From positions 91,363 through 155,362 of the forward strand of contig CAVRXZ010000009.1 in NCBI GenBank assembly GCA_963725105.1: 64,000 nucleotides of DNA, in the 5' to 3' direction. Shown here piece by piece: positions 30,659-40,899 of the stretch. The notes under the pieces are model-generated. The model saw only the letters and a program-made list of their open reading frames with translations. It was not told the DNA's origin and ran no database searches. A program made the position numbers and the translations under genes. The DNA is from an uncultured Acidobacteriota bacterium (GTDB taxonomy: Bacteria > Acidobacteriota > Vicinamibacteria > Vicinamibacterales > CAVVIG01). Numbering within the stretch: the stretch's first letter is position 1; every line of letters starts with the position of its first letter.

Positions 30659-31612
30659 ATGAGACGATCGACCGATGTGATCGACGATGCATTTCGCCGC
30701 GGCGATCTCGACGCCCTTCGCGCCGCAGTCGGCGACCCGGCGCTCATCCCGAACGGCAGGATGCCGGACACGATCGGGTCGTGCCTGGTGTATGCGATTT
30801 ACCACAGCCCGCTTCCGTTTATTCGTACGCTGCTGACGCTTGGTGCGGATCCGAATGCCCCGGTCGATGATGGATTTCCTCCACTGATCGCCGCGCTCAG
30901 CTGCGCCCGCCAGGTGCCTGGAGCCACCTCACGCATGGACGTCAACGACATCCTTCGCCTGTTGCTCGAAGCCGGGGCGGACCCCAATCAACGCGGCCTC
31001 AATGACTGCACGCCGCTTCACATGGCTGTGGCGGAACACAATCTGCTTGCCGTCCAGATCCTGCTCGACAAGGAGCCGATCCCGATCTCCAGTACGCGAA
31101 TCGACGAGTGTGAGACCCCGGCCGAGATGGCGAGCCGGGCGGGGCTCGAGGATTTCGCGGCATTGCTGAATCGGAAAGGACAGCCCCTTGGTCGACGGCT
31201 GCGATCGGGCCTGACGCTTCTTTTGGACGTGCCGGGCGCTGGCGATGTGTTACGTCGCCAGCACGTGTACCGCATCTGCCTGCGCGTGTGGATGAATCGC
31301 GGCGAACCTGTTCGCTGGCAGAATCCATGGGGACCGGTGAGCGTCGCGAGACTGGAGGATGACGGCCGGACGCTCTTCACGGAGGTCCGAATCGACCGGC
31401 GGTCGCTTGTCAGCGGGCTGTTCTATGGCGTTGAGGGCATGCGTGTCGGCGGAACACGACGCTTGGAGATCGCGCCCCACCTGGCCTATGGCGATCGTGG
31501 CGTTCCTGGCGTCATTCCCGCTGGTGCGCTGCTGACCGCCGAGATCACCATCCTCGAAGCCGGGCCTTCGACACACGAGCCCCGGCCAGCGCAGACTCCG
31601 GCCGGCGGCTAG
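30659..31612 (+). CDS. Ankyrin-repeat plus FKBP-type PPIase fusion
   Basis: GADPN repeats and TPLHMA; C-terminal GVEGMRVGGTRRLEIAPHLAYG..GVIPAGALL. Confidence 0.8.
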   Translation: MRRSTDVIDDAFRRGDLDALRAAVGDPALIPNGRMPDTIGSCLVYAIYHSPLPFIRTLLTLGADPNAPVDDGFPPLIAALSCARQVPGATSRMDVNDILRLLLEAGADPNQRGLNDCTPLHMAVAEHNLLAVQILLDKEPIPISSTRIDECETPAEMASRAGLEDFAALLNRKGQPLGRRLRSGLTLLLDVPGAGDVLRRQHVYRICLRVWMNRGEPVRWQNPWGPVSVARLEDDGRTLFTEVRIDRRSLVSGLFYGVEGMRVGGTRRLEIAPHLAYGDRGVPGVIPAGALLTAEITILEAGPSTHEPRPAQTPAGG

Positions 31613-32073
31613 CGAGTCAAGGGGCTGTCCCAAACTCGAAGGAGCAGCTCCTTGAGCCGGATGAAATCTCCGGAGCCAAGTTCGGTGCGCCACTCGCGCT
31701 CGATGTCCCGGAGAATTTCGTGAATCTTGGCGTATGCTGCACGTCCCCGTTTGGTCAACCGGACAATGCGTGCGCGGCCTTTGTCCGGGGCGTCGGATCG
31801 GGCGAGATAACCCAGACCCTCGAGACTCCGCAGCAGCTGGTTCATGGCCTGCTTGCTCATTCCGGCGCGTTCGGCGAGCACGCCAGGGCGAGCGCCATCG
31901 GGTCCCGGAAACTGCAGGACCGGCATATGCGGTACGCGGAGCTCCTCGAAGCCCGCGGCGTTCAAATCCCGGATGATTCGGCGGTGAATGGCCTGCGCCG
32001 GGACCCGCAGCAGGGCGCCGATGAGCATCTCGCTCGGGGCGACTGACGGTGGCCGTAAAAGGGGCCTTGACAT
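31609..32073 (-). CDS. MarR family regulator
   Basis: LAERAGMSKQAMNQLLRSLEGLGYL..D.RARIVRLTKRG. Confidence 0.9.
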   Translation of the reverse strand: MSRPLLRPPSVAPSEMLIGALLRVPAQAIHRRIIRDLNAAGFEELRVPHMPVLQFPGPDGARPGVLAERAGMSKQAMNQLLRSLEGLGYLARSDAPDKGRARIVRLTKRGRAAYAKIHEILRDIEREWRTELGSGDFIRLKELLLRVWDSPLTR

Positions 32074-32119
32074 GATGGTAAATCGCATTTACAGTATATA
32101 TCAGTAAATGCAGTTTACT
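32067..32119 (+). promoter_or_regulatory. Sigma70 promoter overlapped by two palindromic MarR-type operators
   Basis: TTGACA (32067)-N17-TACAGT (32090); GTAAAT-CGC-ATTTAC (32078-32092) and AGTAAA-TGCAG-TTTACT (32103-32119). Confidence 0.7.
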
Positions 32120-32142
32120 TATCTTCGCCGAAGGAGGTATCC

Positions 32143-32611
32143 ATGACTTCGAACCAGACCGACGTCCGTATCAATCCAGCCGACGAAACCATTCGTCTCG
32201 GGGGGCTCGCCGTCCGCTTCCTCGTGACCGGAGAACATGCCAGCGGCAGCATCGCCGCCTTCGAGCTCTCGGTTCCCGGCGCGCAACGTCTGACGGCTCC
32301 GGCCCACAGCCACGATCACTATGAGGAGACAATTTATGGACTCGAGGGTGTGCTGACCTGGACCGTCGATGGCAGGCCGATCGACGTCGGGCCGGGACAG
32401 GCCCTCTGCATCCCGCGCGGCGCCATCCACCGGTTCGACAATCAGCGGCAGCCAGGACGCGAAGGTTCTCTGCGTGATCACGCCCGCCGCCATTGGTCCG
32501 CAGTATTTCCTTGAGGCGGCCGAGGTGATGAAAGCGGCAGCCGGTGGGCCGCCGGATCGGGTCAAGATGGCCGAAATCATGCGCCGCCACGGTCTGACCT
32601 CCGCGCCCTAG
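32143..32611 (+). CDS. Cupin domain protein, frameshift near 32442
   Basis: AHSHDHYEE..LEG and IPRGAIHRF; continues as LCVITPA..YF in the next frame; AAGGAGG RBS. Confidence 0.85.
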
Positions 32612-32691
32612 CGGCGACGGCGAGGTTTCGCGCGCTCCTTGGCTTCAAGGCCGGTCGCATAAGATATGGCCGAATTGGAGAAGGGGCCCCG

Positions 32692-34404
32692 ATGAACAGG
32701 CGTCGACGATGGGAAGTTGGCGTGTTACTGGCCGTGCTGACGTTGGCGGTCGGTCTTTCAGGGCGCGCTCAGGTCAAGGAATTCAAGGCCGTCACTGATG
32801 CCAGCCTCGAGAACCCCGATCCGGGCGATTGGGTCAGCTGGCGGCGCACGCCCGACGGCTGGGGCTACAGCCCGCTGAACCAGATCAACCGGAACACGGT
32901 CCAGCAGCTTCAACTGGTGTGGTCAGCGCTGCTCGGATCGGGCGTGAGCGAACCGGCCCCGATTGTCTACAACGGCCTGATGTACGTCCCGCAGCCCCAG
33001 GGAGTGGTTCAGGCGTTCGACGCCGCGACCGGCGATCTTGCGTGGACGTACAGCAAGCAATTCGAGGCGTCGCCCGACACAGGGCTGGCGAGCCGCCTGC
33101 GCTCGCTCGCCATCTACGGCAATCACATCTTTGTGGGGACACCGGACGCGCACCTGGTGGCGCTCGACGCGGCAACGGGCGCCGTCGTGTGGGATCACAT
33201 GGTGGCGGACTACCGGCTCGGCTTTCGGTACACGAGCGGGCCGATCGTCGCGAAAGGCAAAATCGTGGCCGGCATGACCGGGTGCGAGCGCTACAAAGAC
33301 GAGGTGTGCTTCGTGTCCGCGCACGACCCACAGACCGGCAACGAAGCGTGGCGTGTCCGGACGATTGCGCGTCCGACCGAGCGCGGCGGCAACACGTGGG
33401 GCGATTTGCCTCAGAGAATGCGCGCCGGCGGCGACGCCTGGATTCCCGGCACCTACGACCCGCGGTTGAATCTCGTGTTCTGGTCGGTGGCGCAGGCCAA
33501 GCCGTGGGCGCGCGTCTCGCGCGGCACCGACGGCGACGCGTTGTTCACCAACAGCACACTCGCCATCAATCCCGACACAGGCGAGCTGGTCTGGTACCAC
33601 CAGTTCCTGCCGGGCGAGACGCACGATCAGGACGAGGTATTTGAAAGCGTCCTCGTGGACATCGCCGGCCGCAGTTCGATCTTGAAGATGGGCAAGCTCG
33701 GCATACTCTGGGAGATCGATCGGAAGACCGGCACGTTCGTCGCGGCTCACGATCTCGGCTATCAGAATCTCGTCGATGTGGACGCGAGAAGCGGCAAGGT
33801 CAGCTATCGGCCCGGCATGCTGCCCAAGCCCGGTGTGCCACTCGAGTTCTGCCCAGACGTACAGGGCGTGAGGAACTGGCCGGCGACCGCCTACCATCCG
33901 GACACGCGGGCGTTGTACATCCCGATCCAGCTGGCATGCCAAAAAGCGGTGTTCACTGGCGGCGTCGAGAATGAGAACATCGGCAGCTTCTCGTGGTACT
34001 CGAAGACGTCCTACACCGGCTACGAGTCGCTGGGCACCATGCCTCATCCCTCGAGCCCCGATCAGCGCGGCGGCATGGTTGCCGTGGACGTCGACACCGG
34101 ACGCGTACTCTGGCGGCACGCCACGCGGACGAAGCCGATGGGCGCCGCGTTGACCACGGCCGGCGGTCTCGTGGTCAGCACCGATTCCGACGGCCACGTC
34201 TACGTCCACAATGTCGAGACCGGCAAGGTGTTGTACGAGACGCGATTGCCGTCGATGATTCAAGGATTCCCGATCACCTACGCCGTCAACGGGCGGCAGT
34301 ACCTGGCTGTTCCGACCGGATCCGAGCAGAATCCCGGAGGCCGAGGCGTGAACGCGATGTTCGTCTTCGCTCTTCCGGAACGGGCGGGCAGCTCCGCACG
34401 GTGA
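32692..34404 (+). CDS. PQQ-binding beta-propeller dehydrogenase family, secreted
   Basis: YSPLNQIN, repeated A.D..TG...W docking motifs, TTAGGLV and PITYAVNGRQYLAV. Confidence 0.88.
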   Translation: MNRRRRWEVGVLLAVLTLAVGLSGRAQVKEFKAVTDASLENPDPGDWVSWRRTPDGWGYSPLNQINRNTVQQLQLVWSALLGSGVSEPAPIVYNGLMYVPQPQGVVQAFDAATGDLAWTYSKQFEASPDTGLASRLRSLAIYGNHIFVGTPDAHLVALDAATGAVVWDHMVADYRLGFRYTSGPIVAKGKIVAGMTGCERYKDEVCFVSAHDPQTGNEAWRVRTIARPTERGGNTWGDLPQRMRAGGDAWIPGTYDPRLNLVFWSVAQAKPWARVSRGTDGDALFTNSTLAINPDTGELVWYHQFLPGETHDQDEVFESVLVDIAGRSSILKMGKLGILWEIDRKTGTFVAAHDLGYQNLVDVDARSGKVSYRPGMLPKPGVPLEFCPDVQGVRNWPATAYHPDTRALYIPIQLACQKAVFTGGVENENIGSFSWYSKTSYTGYESLGTMPHPSSPDQRGGMVAVDVDTGRVLWRHATRTKPMGAALTTAGGLVVSTDSDGHVYVHNVETGKVLYETRLPSMIQGFPITYAVNGRQYLAVPTGSEQNPGGRGVNAMFVFALPERAGSSAR

Positions 34405-34547
34405 CACACTTCTTTACGTTCTCGCACGGGGCGGCAGCCTGTTGCTGGCGCCCACGCTAATCTGCGCTCAAGGACACCGCCAGCAAACCCGATACAGATC
34501 GGTGATAGCGACACGACCGTCTCCCCCGCCCTTGCACCAGGTCGAAC

Positions 34548-36809
34548 ATGTCGTTTCCGCTTCGTTATCAGGTTGCCGTTGCGCTCGTCGGGCTCAACGT
34601 CATCGTCACCGCGGCGCTCGCCACCTACACGTATCGAGCCGCGCGCGCCAGCCTGGAGAGCCAGGCGTCGCGTGCGGTCGATGTGGCCGCGCGCGAACGC
34701 GCGCAGGCGCTCACGCGACTGCTCCAGCAGCGGCACGATCGGATGCGTGCATTCCTCGGCAGCGTCGAATCGCTCTGCGGTGAGCGCACGGACCAAGGCA
34801 CGTACGCCTTCGAACAAGGGTGCGTTCGCGTTGCGCTGGGCGGATTCCAGACGGCTGAGCACGCCGAAGCCGCGGAATTGCGGTACGGCATGCGACAACT
34901 TGCGGTTCGAGGCTCATGGGAACCGCCGTTGAACTCGAAGCAGCCGTTGAGCATCCCACAAACCGGACAATTGGCCACGATCTCCGCTGATGGCGCGGAC
35001 AGCTCTTACACTATGGAAGCGGCGCGCCAGCGCCTGACCGTGCGCGTGCGGATTCCGCTCGATGACGTCGACGCGATCCTGCAGGATCGCTCCGGGCTGG
35101 ATACGAACGGCGAAGTGTTTCTCACCAACTCTCGAGGACTGTCGTTGACGACGACTCGCGACCCGCGAGGTTCGCTGACCGCATTGAACGGGCCACTGCA
35201 AGCGTGCCTGTCTGGCACGTCCGACCAGGTCCGCGTGGTCGACGACCGCGGGACCGACACGATCAGTGCGTTTCAACCTGTGCCCGCCGTCGGCGGCGGT
35301 TGCATCGTCGCCAACCGTCCGTACGCAGACACGCTCGTCCCGATCCGTGAGCTCGGACGTCAGTTCGTCCTGGGCTCGATCGTGTTCATCACCCTGGGCG
35401 GAATCATTGCCGTCGTGATCGCTCGAACCGCGACCAAGCCCATTGCCCGGCTGGCGGTAGCCGCTCGCGAACTGGAAGCCGGACGCTTCGATCAGCCAGT
35501 ACCCATCGCGGGTCCGCTGGAAGTTCAACAACTCGGGCGAGCGCTGTCGAGCATGTCGCGATCGGTCGGAGACCTCGTGCAGCGCGAGCACGACGCGCGA
35601 CTCGAGGCCGAGGCGGCAAACCGGACGAAGGACGACTTCCTGGCCATGCTGTCGCACGAACTTCGAACGCCGCTGACCTCCATTCTCGGTTGGTCCACGA
35701 CCTTGATGAACCACCGCACAGACGAGGCGCTGGACACCGAAGGGCTCCAGGCTATCGAGCGAGCCGCGACCAGGCAGGCGCGGCTTGTCGAAGAGCTCCT
35801 GGATGTGTCGCGCATCATCACCGGGAAGCTGCGCCTGAACATCGTGTCGCAGGCCTCGCTGACTCAGGTTGTCGAGGCTGCGCTGGAAGAGGCCCGTCCG
35901 ACGGCCGAAGCGAAGGGGCTCGAGATCATCAGGCGCATGACTCCTGAGCCGCTACTCATCGCTGGCGACGTCGGCCGGTTGCAACAGGTGGTAGGCAACC
36001 TGTTGTCGAACGCCGTGCGATTCACGCCGGCCGGCGGACGCATCGAGGTCGTGCTGGCCAACATCGATGAGACCGCCGAGATTCGTGTGACAGACACCGG
36101 GATTGGCATTTCCCCGGAATTCCTGCCGCGCGTATTCGAGCGCTTCAAGCAGGCCGACAGCAGCACGACGCGGTCATATGGCGGGCTCGGGCTTGGACTC
36201 GCGATCGCCCGGCACTTCGTGGAGCTGCACGGCGGAACGATCCGAGCGGAGAGCGCGGGTGAGGGGTGCGGAGCAGCGTTTATCGTGCGCCTGCCATGTC
36301 ATGTGGCGCCAGCCGTCGCACGTGGGCTCGAGTCAGTCCGCAGGACCTCGGTGCCGCCACTCCTGGAAGGCACACGCATCCTCGTCGTGGACGACGATCC
36401 CGATACGGTCGCCGTCCTGAAGGCGATTCTGACCGGCGCCGGTGCAATCGTCCACACCACCGGTTCGGCAGACGAGACTCGGGAGCTTCTCCAGCTCGGT
36501 CATCCTGACTTGATAATTGCCGACATCGGCATGCCGAAAGAAGACGGGTACTCGCTGATCCGATCCGTCCGTTCGCTAGAGTCCGCTGAAGTGGCCCAGG
36601 TGCCGGCGATCGCGTTGACGGCGCATGCGCGACCCGAAGACGCGGAGCAGGCGTTCGCGTCGGGCTTCCAGATGTATCTGGCGAAGCCGGTGGACTCGGC
36701 CAAGCTGCTGTCTGCGGTCACCGCAACGCTTGTGCGCAGCTGGTCAGGTGCGACTATGCGATACGGGGCGGACAGTCACGGCGGCCCGTTGCCGACTCAG
36801 GTGATGTAG
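34548..36809 (+). CDS. Hybrid sensor kinase (periplasmic domain-HAMP-HisKA-HATPase-REC)
   Basis: Two TMs, SHELRTPL, NLLSNAVRFT, DTGIGI, GGLGLGL and a receiver VVDD..DIGMP..KP. Confidence 0.93.
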   Translation: MSFPLRYQVAVALVGLNVIVTAALATYTYRAARASLESQASRAVDVAARERAQALTRLLQQRHDRMRAFLGSVESLCGERTDQGTYAFEQGCVRVALGGFQTAEHAEAAELRYGMRQLAVRGSWEPPLNSKQPLSIPQTGQLATISADGADSSYTMEAARQRLTVRVRIPLDDVDAILQDRSGLDTNGEVFLTNSRGLSLTTTRDPRGSLTALNGPLQACLSGTSDQVRVVDDRGTDTISAFQPVPAVGGGCIVANRPYADTLVPIRELGRQFVLGSIVFITLGGIIAVVIARTATKPIARLAVAARELEAGRFDQPVPIAGPLEVQQLGRALSSMSRSVGDLVQREHDARLEAEAANRTKDDFLAMLSHELRTPLTSILGWSTTLMNHRTDEALDTEGLQAIERAATRQARLVEELLDVSRIITGKLRLNIVSQASLTQVVEAALEEARPTAEAKGLEIIRRMTPEPLLIAGDVGRLQQVVGNLLSNAVRFTPAGGRIEVVLANIDETAEIRVTDTGIGISPEFLPRVFERFKQADSSTTRSYGGLGLGLAIARHFVELHGGTIRAESAGEGCGAAFIVRLPCHVAPAVARGLESVRRTSVPPLLEGTRILVVDDDPDTVAVLKAILTGAGAIVHTTGSADETRELLQLGHPDLIIADIGMPKEDGYSLIRSVRSLESAEVAQVPAIALTAHARPEDAEQAFASGFQMYLAKPVDSAKLLSAVTATLVRSWSGATMRYGADSHGGPLPTQVM

Positions 36810-36820
36810 AGTCGTTCTAC

Positions 36821-37681
36821 GTGCATCACCGACCGACCGGGCGACAAACCGCGAGACACCTTATGTTCGCCTGTCTGGCGCTGGCGCTGGCGACCAGCGC
36901 GCCGGTCGGCGCCCTCGAGCTTCACAGCGAGACACTAAGCGCGTACCGCGAATACATCGGGTCGGTCCGAAAATGGTTCGAGGAGCGTACCAGAAGCGGT
37001 AGTTCGCTCGGCGACCTTGCACAAGGCGACTTGAGCCGCAGCGTGCGGGACGGATATGTCCCGGTCCAGGCGGGTCGCGGAGACGGCATTGTCGACGTTC
37101 CCGGAGGATTGGTGCACCACTGGAAAGGCGTGGCGTTCATTCCTCACGTCACCCTCGAGGAGGCGATGAACGTCTCGCAGGACTTCGCGAGCTACAAGCA
37201 CGCTTACTCAACAATCATGCAAGCCAGCCTGCTCGAGCGGAACGGAGACACGTTCCGCGTGTTGATGCGAATCCACAAGAGCAGCGGTCCAGTCGGTGCG
37301 GTACTCGACATTTGGTCCCTCGTGCAGTACCAGTGGCACGGCGCCAACCTGATGTACAGCTCGTCAGACTCCGAGCGCGTCATAGAGGTGAAGAATGCCG
37401 GCAAGCCCGACGAACGGCGCCTGCCGCCCGACCAGGGGGCAGGCTATCTGTGGCGGGCCAATACCTTTTCGCGCATGGCCGAGCGCGACGCGGGCGTGCT
37501 GGTGGAGTTGGAGAATATCGGTCTCAGCCGCACGTTCCCTCCACTTCTCAGTTGGATTGTCGAGCCAATTGTCCGTAGCATCGGCAGGAGCAGCGTCGAA
37601 GATTCGCTCTTGGAGTTCCGACAGGCCGTCATCGCTGCGCACCGGGCGCGCGCGCCTGCTCCTCTACCCTCGCAGCGCTGA
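36821..37681 (+). CDS. Hypothetical secreted protein (possibly START/SRPBCC-like)
   Basis: Signal peptide, GLVHHWKGVAFIP and GYLWRANT; coding-like codon usage. Confidence 0.6.
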   Translation: MHHRPTGRQTARHLMFACLALALATSAPVGALELHSETLSAYREYIGSVRKWFEERTRSGSSLGDLAQGDLSRSVRDGYVPVQAGRGDGIVDVPGGLVHHWKGVAFIPHVTLEEAMNVSQDFASYKHAYSTIMQASLLERNGDTFRVLMRIHKSSGPVGAVLDIWSLVQYQWHGANLMYSSSDSERVIEVKNAGKPDERRLPPDQGAGYLWRANTFSRMAERDAGVLVELENIGLSRTFPPLLSWIVEPIVRSIGRSSVEDSLLEFRQAVIAAHRARAPAPLPSQR

Positions 37682-38630
37682 GGATGTTCTCGAGGCCGCG
37701 GTTTCCTTCGTGACACGCGTATTCGTAGATGCTTTCCTGCTGTTTCAGGTCGAGCACGGCTGTGTAGGGTCGCTCGAACGTGCCCGGATCGTCGACGGTC
37801 ACTTCGTAGCGCATCTGATCCGGACCGGTACGGGTGTAGCGCTCGATCAGGTGCAGCGTCGCGCCGGACCCGCGGAAACTGGCGGTCGGGTGGAAGGTCG
37901 TGATGTCTGGGTGGAAGTTCGTGACGTCAATCACAAGGGTGTTCCCCTCCCAGCGTCCTCTTGAGTCGCCCATGTACTGGCGAATGGCCGGCGACAGATG
38001 CGGCCGGCCGTCAAGACTCACGATGCGCGCGTCGTGGATCATCTCGTGCGTGATCGTCACGTAGCCCCGCGTCTGGAGGATCCTCACGTTGTTGTTGTAG
38101 CCGGTCGGGAACATGACATACGGCAATCCCACGGTAATGCACCGATCCCACAGGCTTCGATCCTCCCACGAGTCGGCCGGACCGCGCCCGGTGCTTGCCG
38201 CGACAGCGGCCCGTTGACGTGCCGCCGCCGTCAACGCGGGCAGCCGCCCATTCTGCGGATCGATGATGAGCGAGCTGCGCCGAGAGCGTGCTGTCAGGTT
38301 TTCGTACCAATGCGGGGGGCCAGCGCCTACGTCGCCCCCAGTCGCCACGGCCGCAATGGTCCGGGCGCGCGCGGCCAGAGCCTCCTCCAGATCCTTTCCA
38401 TCAAGGAAGGCCTTGTCGGCGAACTGGACAGGGCGTTCGAGCGGAACCGAGAAATTGTCGTCGGTCGTCCAGACACCCTCGAGATCGGGATCGCCCCACG
38501 GTGTTCGGGGTTGCGTCCATGGCCTCGTACCGGGGCCCGGCGCGTCCGGTCGCTGCCCCGCCAGCCGCGGCAGGGCCACCAGAGCGATGGCGAGTGCCAA
38601 CAAGATGATGCGCTCGCGGGGCCGCATCAA
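37629..38630 (-). CDS. Uncharacterised secreted protein, paralog of 59000-59908 and 59905-60714
   Basis: PDLEGVW, DRCITVG, GDSRGRWEGNTLVID, ERY, DP.TF and YEYACHEGN. Confidence 0.75.
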   Translation of the reverse strand: MMRPRERIILLALAIALVALPRLAGQRPDAPGPGTRPWTQPRTPWGDPDLEGVWTTDDNFSVPLERPVQFADKAFLDGKDLEEALAARARTIAAVATGGDVGAGPPHWYENLTARSRRSSLIIDPQNGRLPALTAAARQRAAVAASTGRGPADSWEDRSLWDRCITVGLPYVMFPTGYNNNVRILQTRGYVTITHEMIHDARIVSLDGRPHLSPAIRQYMGDSRGRWEGNTLVIDVTNFHPDITTFHPTASFRGSGATLHLIERYTRTGPDQMRYEVTVDDPGTFERPYTAVLDLKQQESIYEYACHEGNRGLENILSAARVEEQARAPGAQR

Positions 38631-39745
38631 CGTGTGTCGAGCTGCTTCTTCTTGAGATAGTCGGAGAGCAGGTCAGCGACCTGAACGTTGTTCAGGTCCG
38701 AAAATGGAAAGTGGGTGTTGCCGCGAACACCGATCGACGGCAGATGCAGCACCTCCGCGTCGCCCCCGTGTGCCCTGATCGCGGCGACGAACCGACCGGC
38801 CATCTCCAGGCGGCCTCTCCAACTGTCGAGTCCCGCATTTGGCGAAGGCGCTGATGGGATGTTGTCGCCGTACACGATCTGAATCGGGATTCGCGCGAGC
38901 TTCTGAAATTCGGCCGCGGGGATCGGTACCCCGATCACATCACCGGCGCTGGTCGGCACAGGAGCCGGGATCTCGCCCTCGGGAAACAAGAACCCGCCGG
39001 GCTCGTATGCAACGATGCCCTTGACGTGGTCGGTTCGCGTCGCCGTTCGCCACCCCATGACGCCGCTCGCTGAGTGCGTCATGAGCACCGCCGGTCCGAT
39101 CCTCTCGAAGAGCGCCACCGTGGCCGCAACAAATACCTTTTCATCCAGCTCCGCACTGTTTGGTACTTGCTGGCGAAAGAACTGATCGAGGGCGGCCGGA
39201 TCGCGAGAGAACTGCACACCGGGAAAGAAATCTGGCCAGATGCCGAGCCGAAAGCGGGTGAAGATCGCCTGCTCGCCGAAGGGCCCGAGCGGGGGCTGAC
39301 GTGCCGCAAGCGCCAGCGGTCGGCTTGCTCCGCCGCTCCGCGGCTGGTCGATGATGTAGGTCGCGAAACCGCGGCGCAGGAAGATATTCTGGAAACCCTC
39401 CCGGCCATCCGGTGTTGTTTCCCAGCTTTTCGAGAACTGGGCACCGCCGTGCCACATGACGAGCGGCAGCCGCCGCGAGTTGACCGGAATCTGGTACCGC
39501 ACGTAGGCATGATCGCCATGTACGGTCTGACCGGCCGGCGTCGGATTCGGGTCCCGCGGATCGAAGGTCCCGGGATTGGTCACCACGGCCCCGCCAACCA
39601 TGAAGCTGCCTTGCTGCGCGATCTGGAGCGGCAGGGGTGCCGGGAACTGACTTTGCGGGGCGGCACTCCCGGTCGCGAAGGCGAGGCATGCGGCCGTGAT
39701 CAATCCACCTCGCAAACACCGTCTTGCGGACGCACGCGCAGTCAT
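38627..39745 (-). CDS. Secreted alpha/beta-fold hydrolase/esterase
   Basis: VMWHG, WETTPDGREG, THSASG, YEP and GNTHFPFSD. Confidence 0.8.
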   Translation of the reverse strand: MTARASARRCLRGGLITAACLAFATGSAAPQSQFPAPLPLQIAQQGSFMVGGAVVTNPGTFDPRDPNPTPAGQTVHGDHAYVRYQIPVNSRRLPLVMWHGGAQFSKSWETTPDGREGFQNIFLRRGFATYIIDQPRSGGASRPLALAARQPPLGPFGEQAIFTRFRLGIWPDFFPGVQFSRDPAALDQFFRQQVPNSAELDEKVFVAATVALFERIGPAVLMTHSASGVMGWRTATRTDHVKGIVAYEPGGFLFPEGEIPAPVPTSAGDVIGVPIPAAEFQKLARIPIQIVYGDNIPSAPSPNAGLDSWRGRLEMAGRFVAAIRAHGGDAEVLHLPSIGVRGNTHFPFSDLNNVQVADLLSDYLKKKQLDTR

Positions 39746-39756
39746 CGCCAACCAGG

Positions 39757-40895
39757 TCAGCTCTTGGCTTTGGGCCAGGCGCTCGGATAATCCGACAGGT
39801 CCCAAGCCAGCTGGATCACCGTTCGCTGGAGCTTAGGCATCTGGTACACGAGCACCACTGTAGATACACGTCCGCCCTTTGTCTGCGCGACGATCCAGCG
39901 CGCGTCGTGTGCCGACGAGCCGGGCGGAAGCGCCACGTTGTCCACCATCTTCTGCACCGAGGCGTTGGCGTCCTGCGCTGATTTTTCCATCTCCTTCTGC
40001 AGTTTCTCGATCTCTGTCGCTGCGGACTGATCGCCTTTTGCCATCTTTTCGGCGAGTTGCTGAATGCGCGTCATCTTGGACTGATCAAAGCTCTTGAATG
40101 CGAGTACGGCCTGCTCGGACCGTTGTTTCATCCACCGTTCCATGTCCCACGCTTCGGCATGCAGCGTGTCGCTGAACCAGCGCGACACGGCGGCGACGTC
40201 GTCCTTCGTGGACCAGCCGATAGAGCGATCCGAATCCGCGGGCGAAAACCACTCGGCCGCGGGATACTTCGGAAACCCGATGCCGGCATAGTGGGCGGGA
40301 AAATCGGGATACTCGTCGTACACGCCGGCCTCGGACAGGCCTTCGTGATTGCGGATCCACAGACGGCCGACGTCGGCCTGCGCCTCGTCGGGATCGCGGC
40401 TCAGCAGCTGTGCGGCCGCGCGCTGGACTTCAAGGTAGGGGCTCTCGAGCACCTGGGGCAGCATCTTGCCGGCGATCCCGGGCGTCGGTGGAAAGTGGCC
40501 AAGGATGCGACAGGCAGCGATGAAGATTTCCGGCTCGTCGGCGAAATCGAGCGCCGCCAGCGCTTCCTCGACATCCCGCTGATCGCGGGATACCTCGATG
40601 TCCTCGAGCGCCATGGCCACTTCGACGACGAGCAGGCTGCGGAGGATTTCGCAGGCGCGCGATGGCGTTTCCTCGCTGCTGCATTGTTTCTGGTAGTCCG
40701 CCGCCAGCTCGACGGCGTCGCCCGACCCCAGCGGTTCGACGGCCCCCTTGGCCGGCAGGTGACGGGGGGGACCCGGTTGCTGGCGTCGACGGTTCGGCTA
40801 TGGCGGACTTCGCCTTGTCGGTCGAACAGCCGGCCAGCGGACCGGTGACGATCAGCACACAAGAGAAACGCGAGAACCTTGTGGCACATGTTCAT
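39757..40895 (-). CDS. Lipoprotein with Ser/Thr/Pro linker and HEAT-like helices, about two frameshifts
   Basis: Reconstructed across frames: MNMCHKVLAFLL.. GPLAGC lipobox, STDKAKSAIAEPSTPATGSPPSP, then the body of ORF 39757..40620. Confidence 0.6.
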
Positions 40896-40899
40896 CGGT

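Noticed and set aside
32923-34407. Long antisense ORFs (also 43635..45287, 24734..25849, 61740..62870)
   Set aside because: Typical high-GC shadow frames opposite well-supported genes, with no motifs.
37629-37681. 53-bp convergent gene overlap as a regulatory feature
   Set aside because: Short 3' overlaps are common in GC-rich genomes and both tails look non-conserved.
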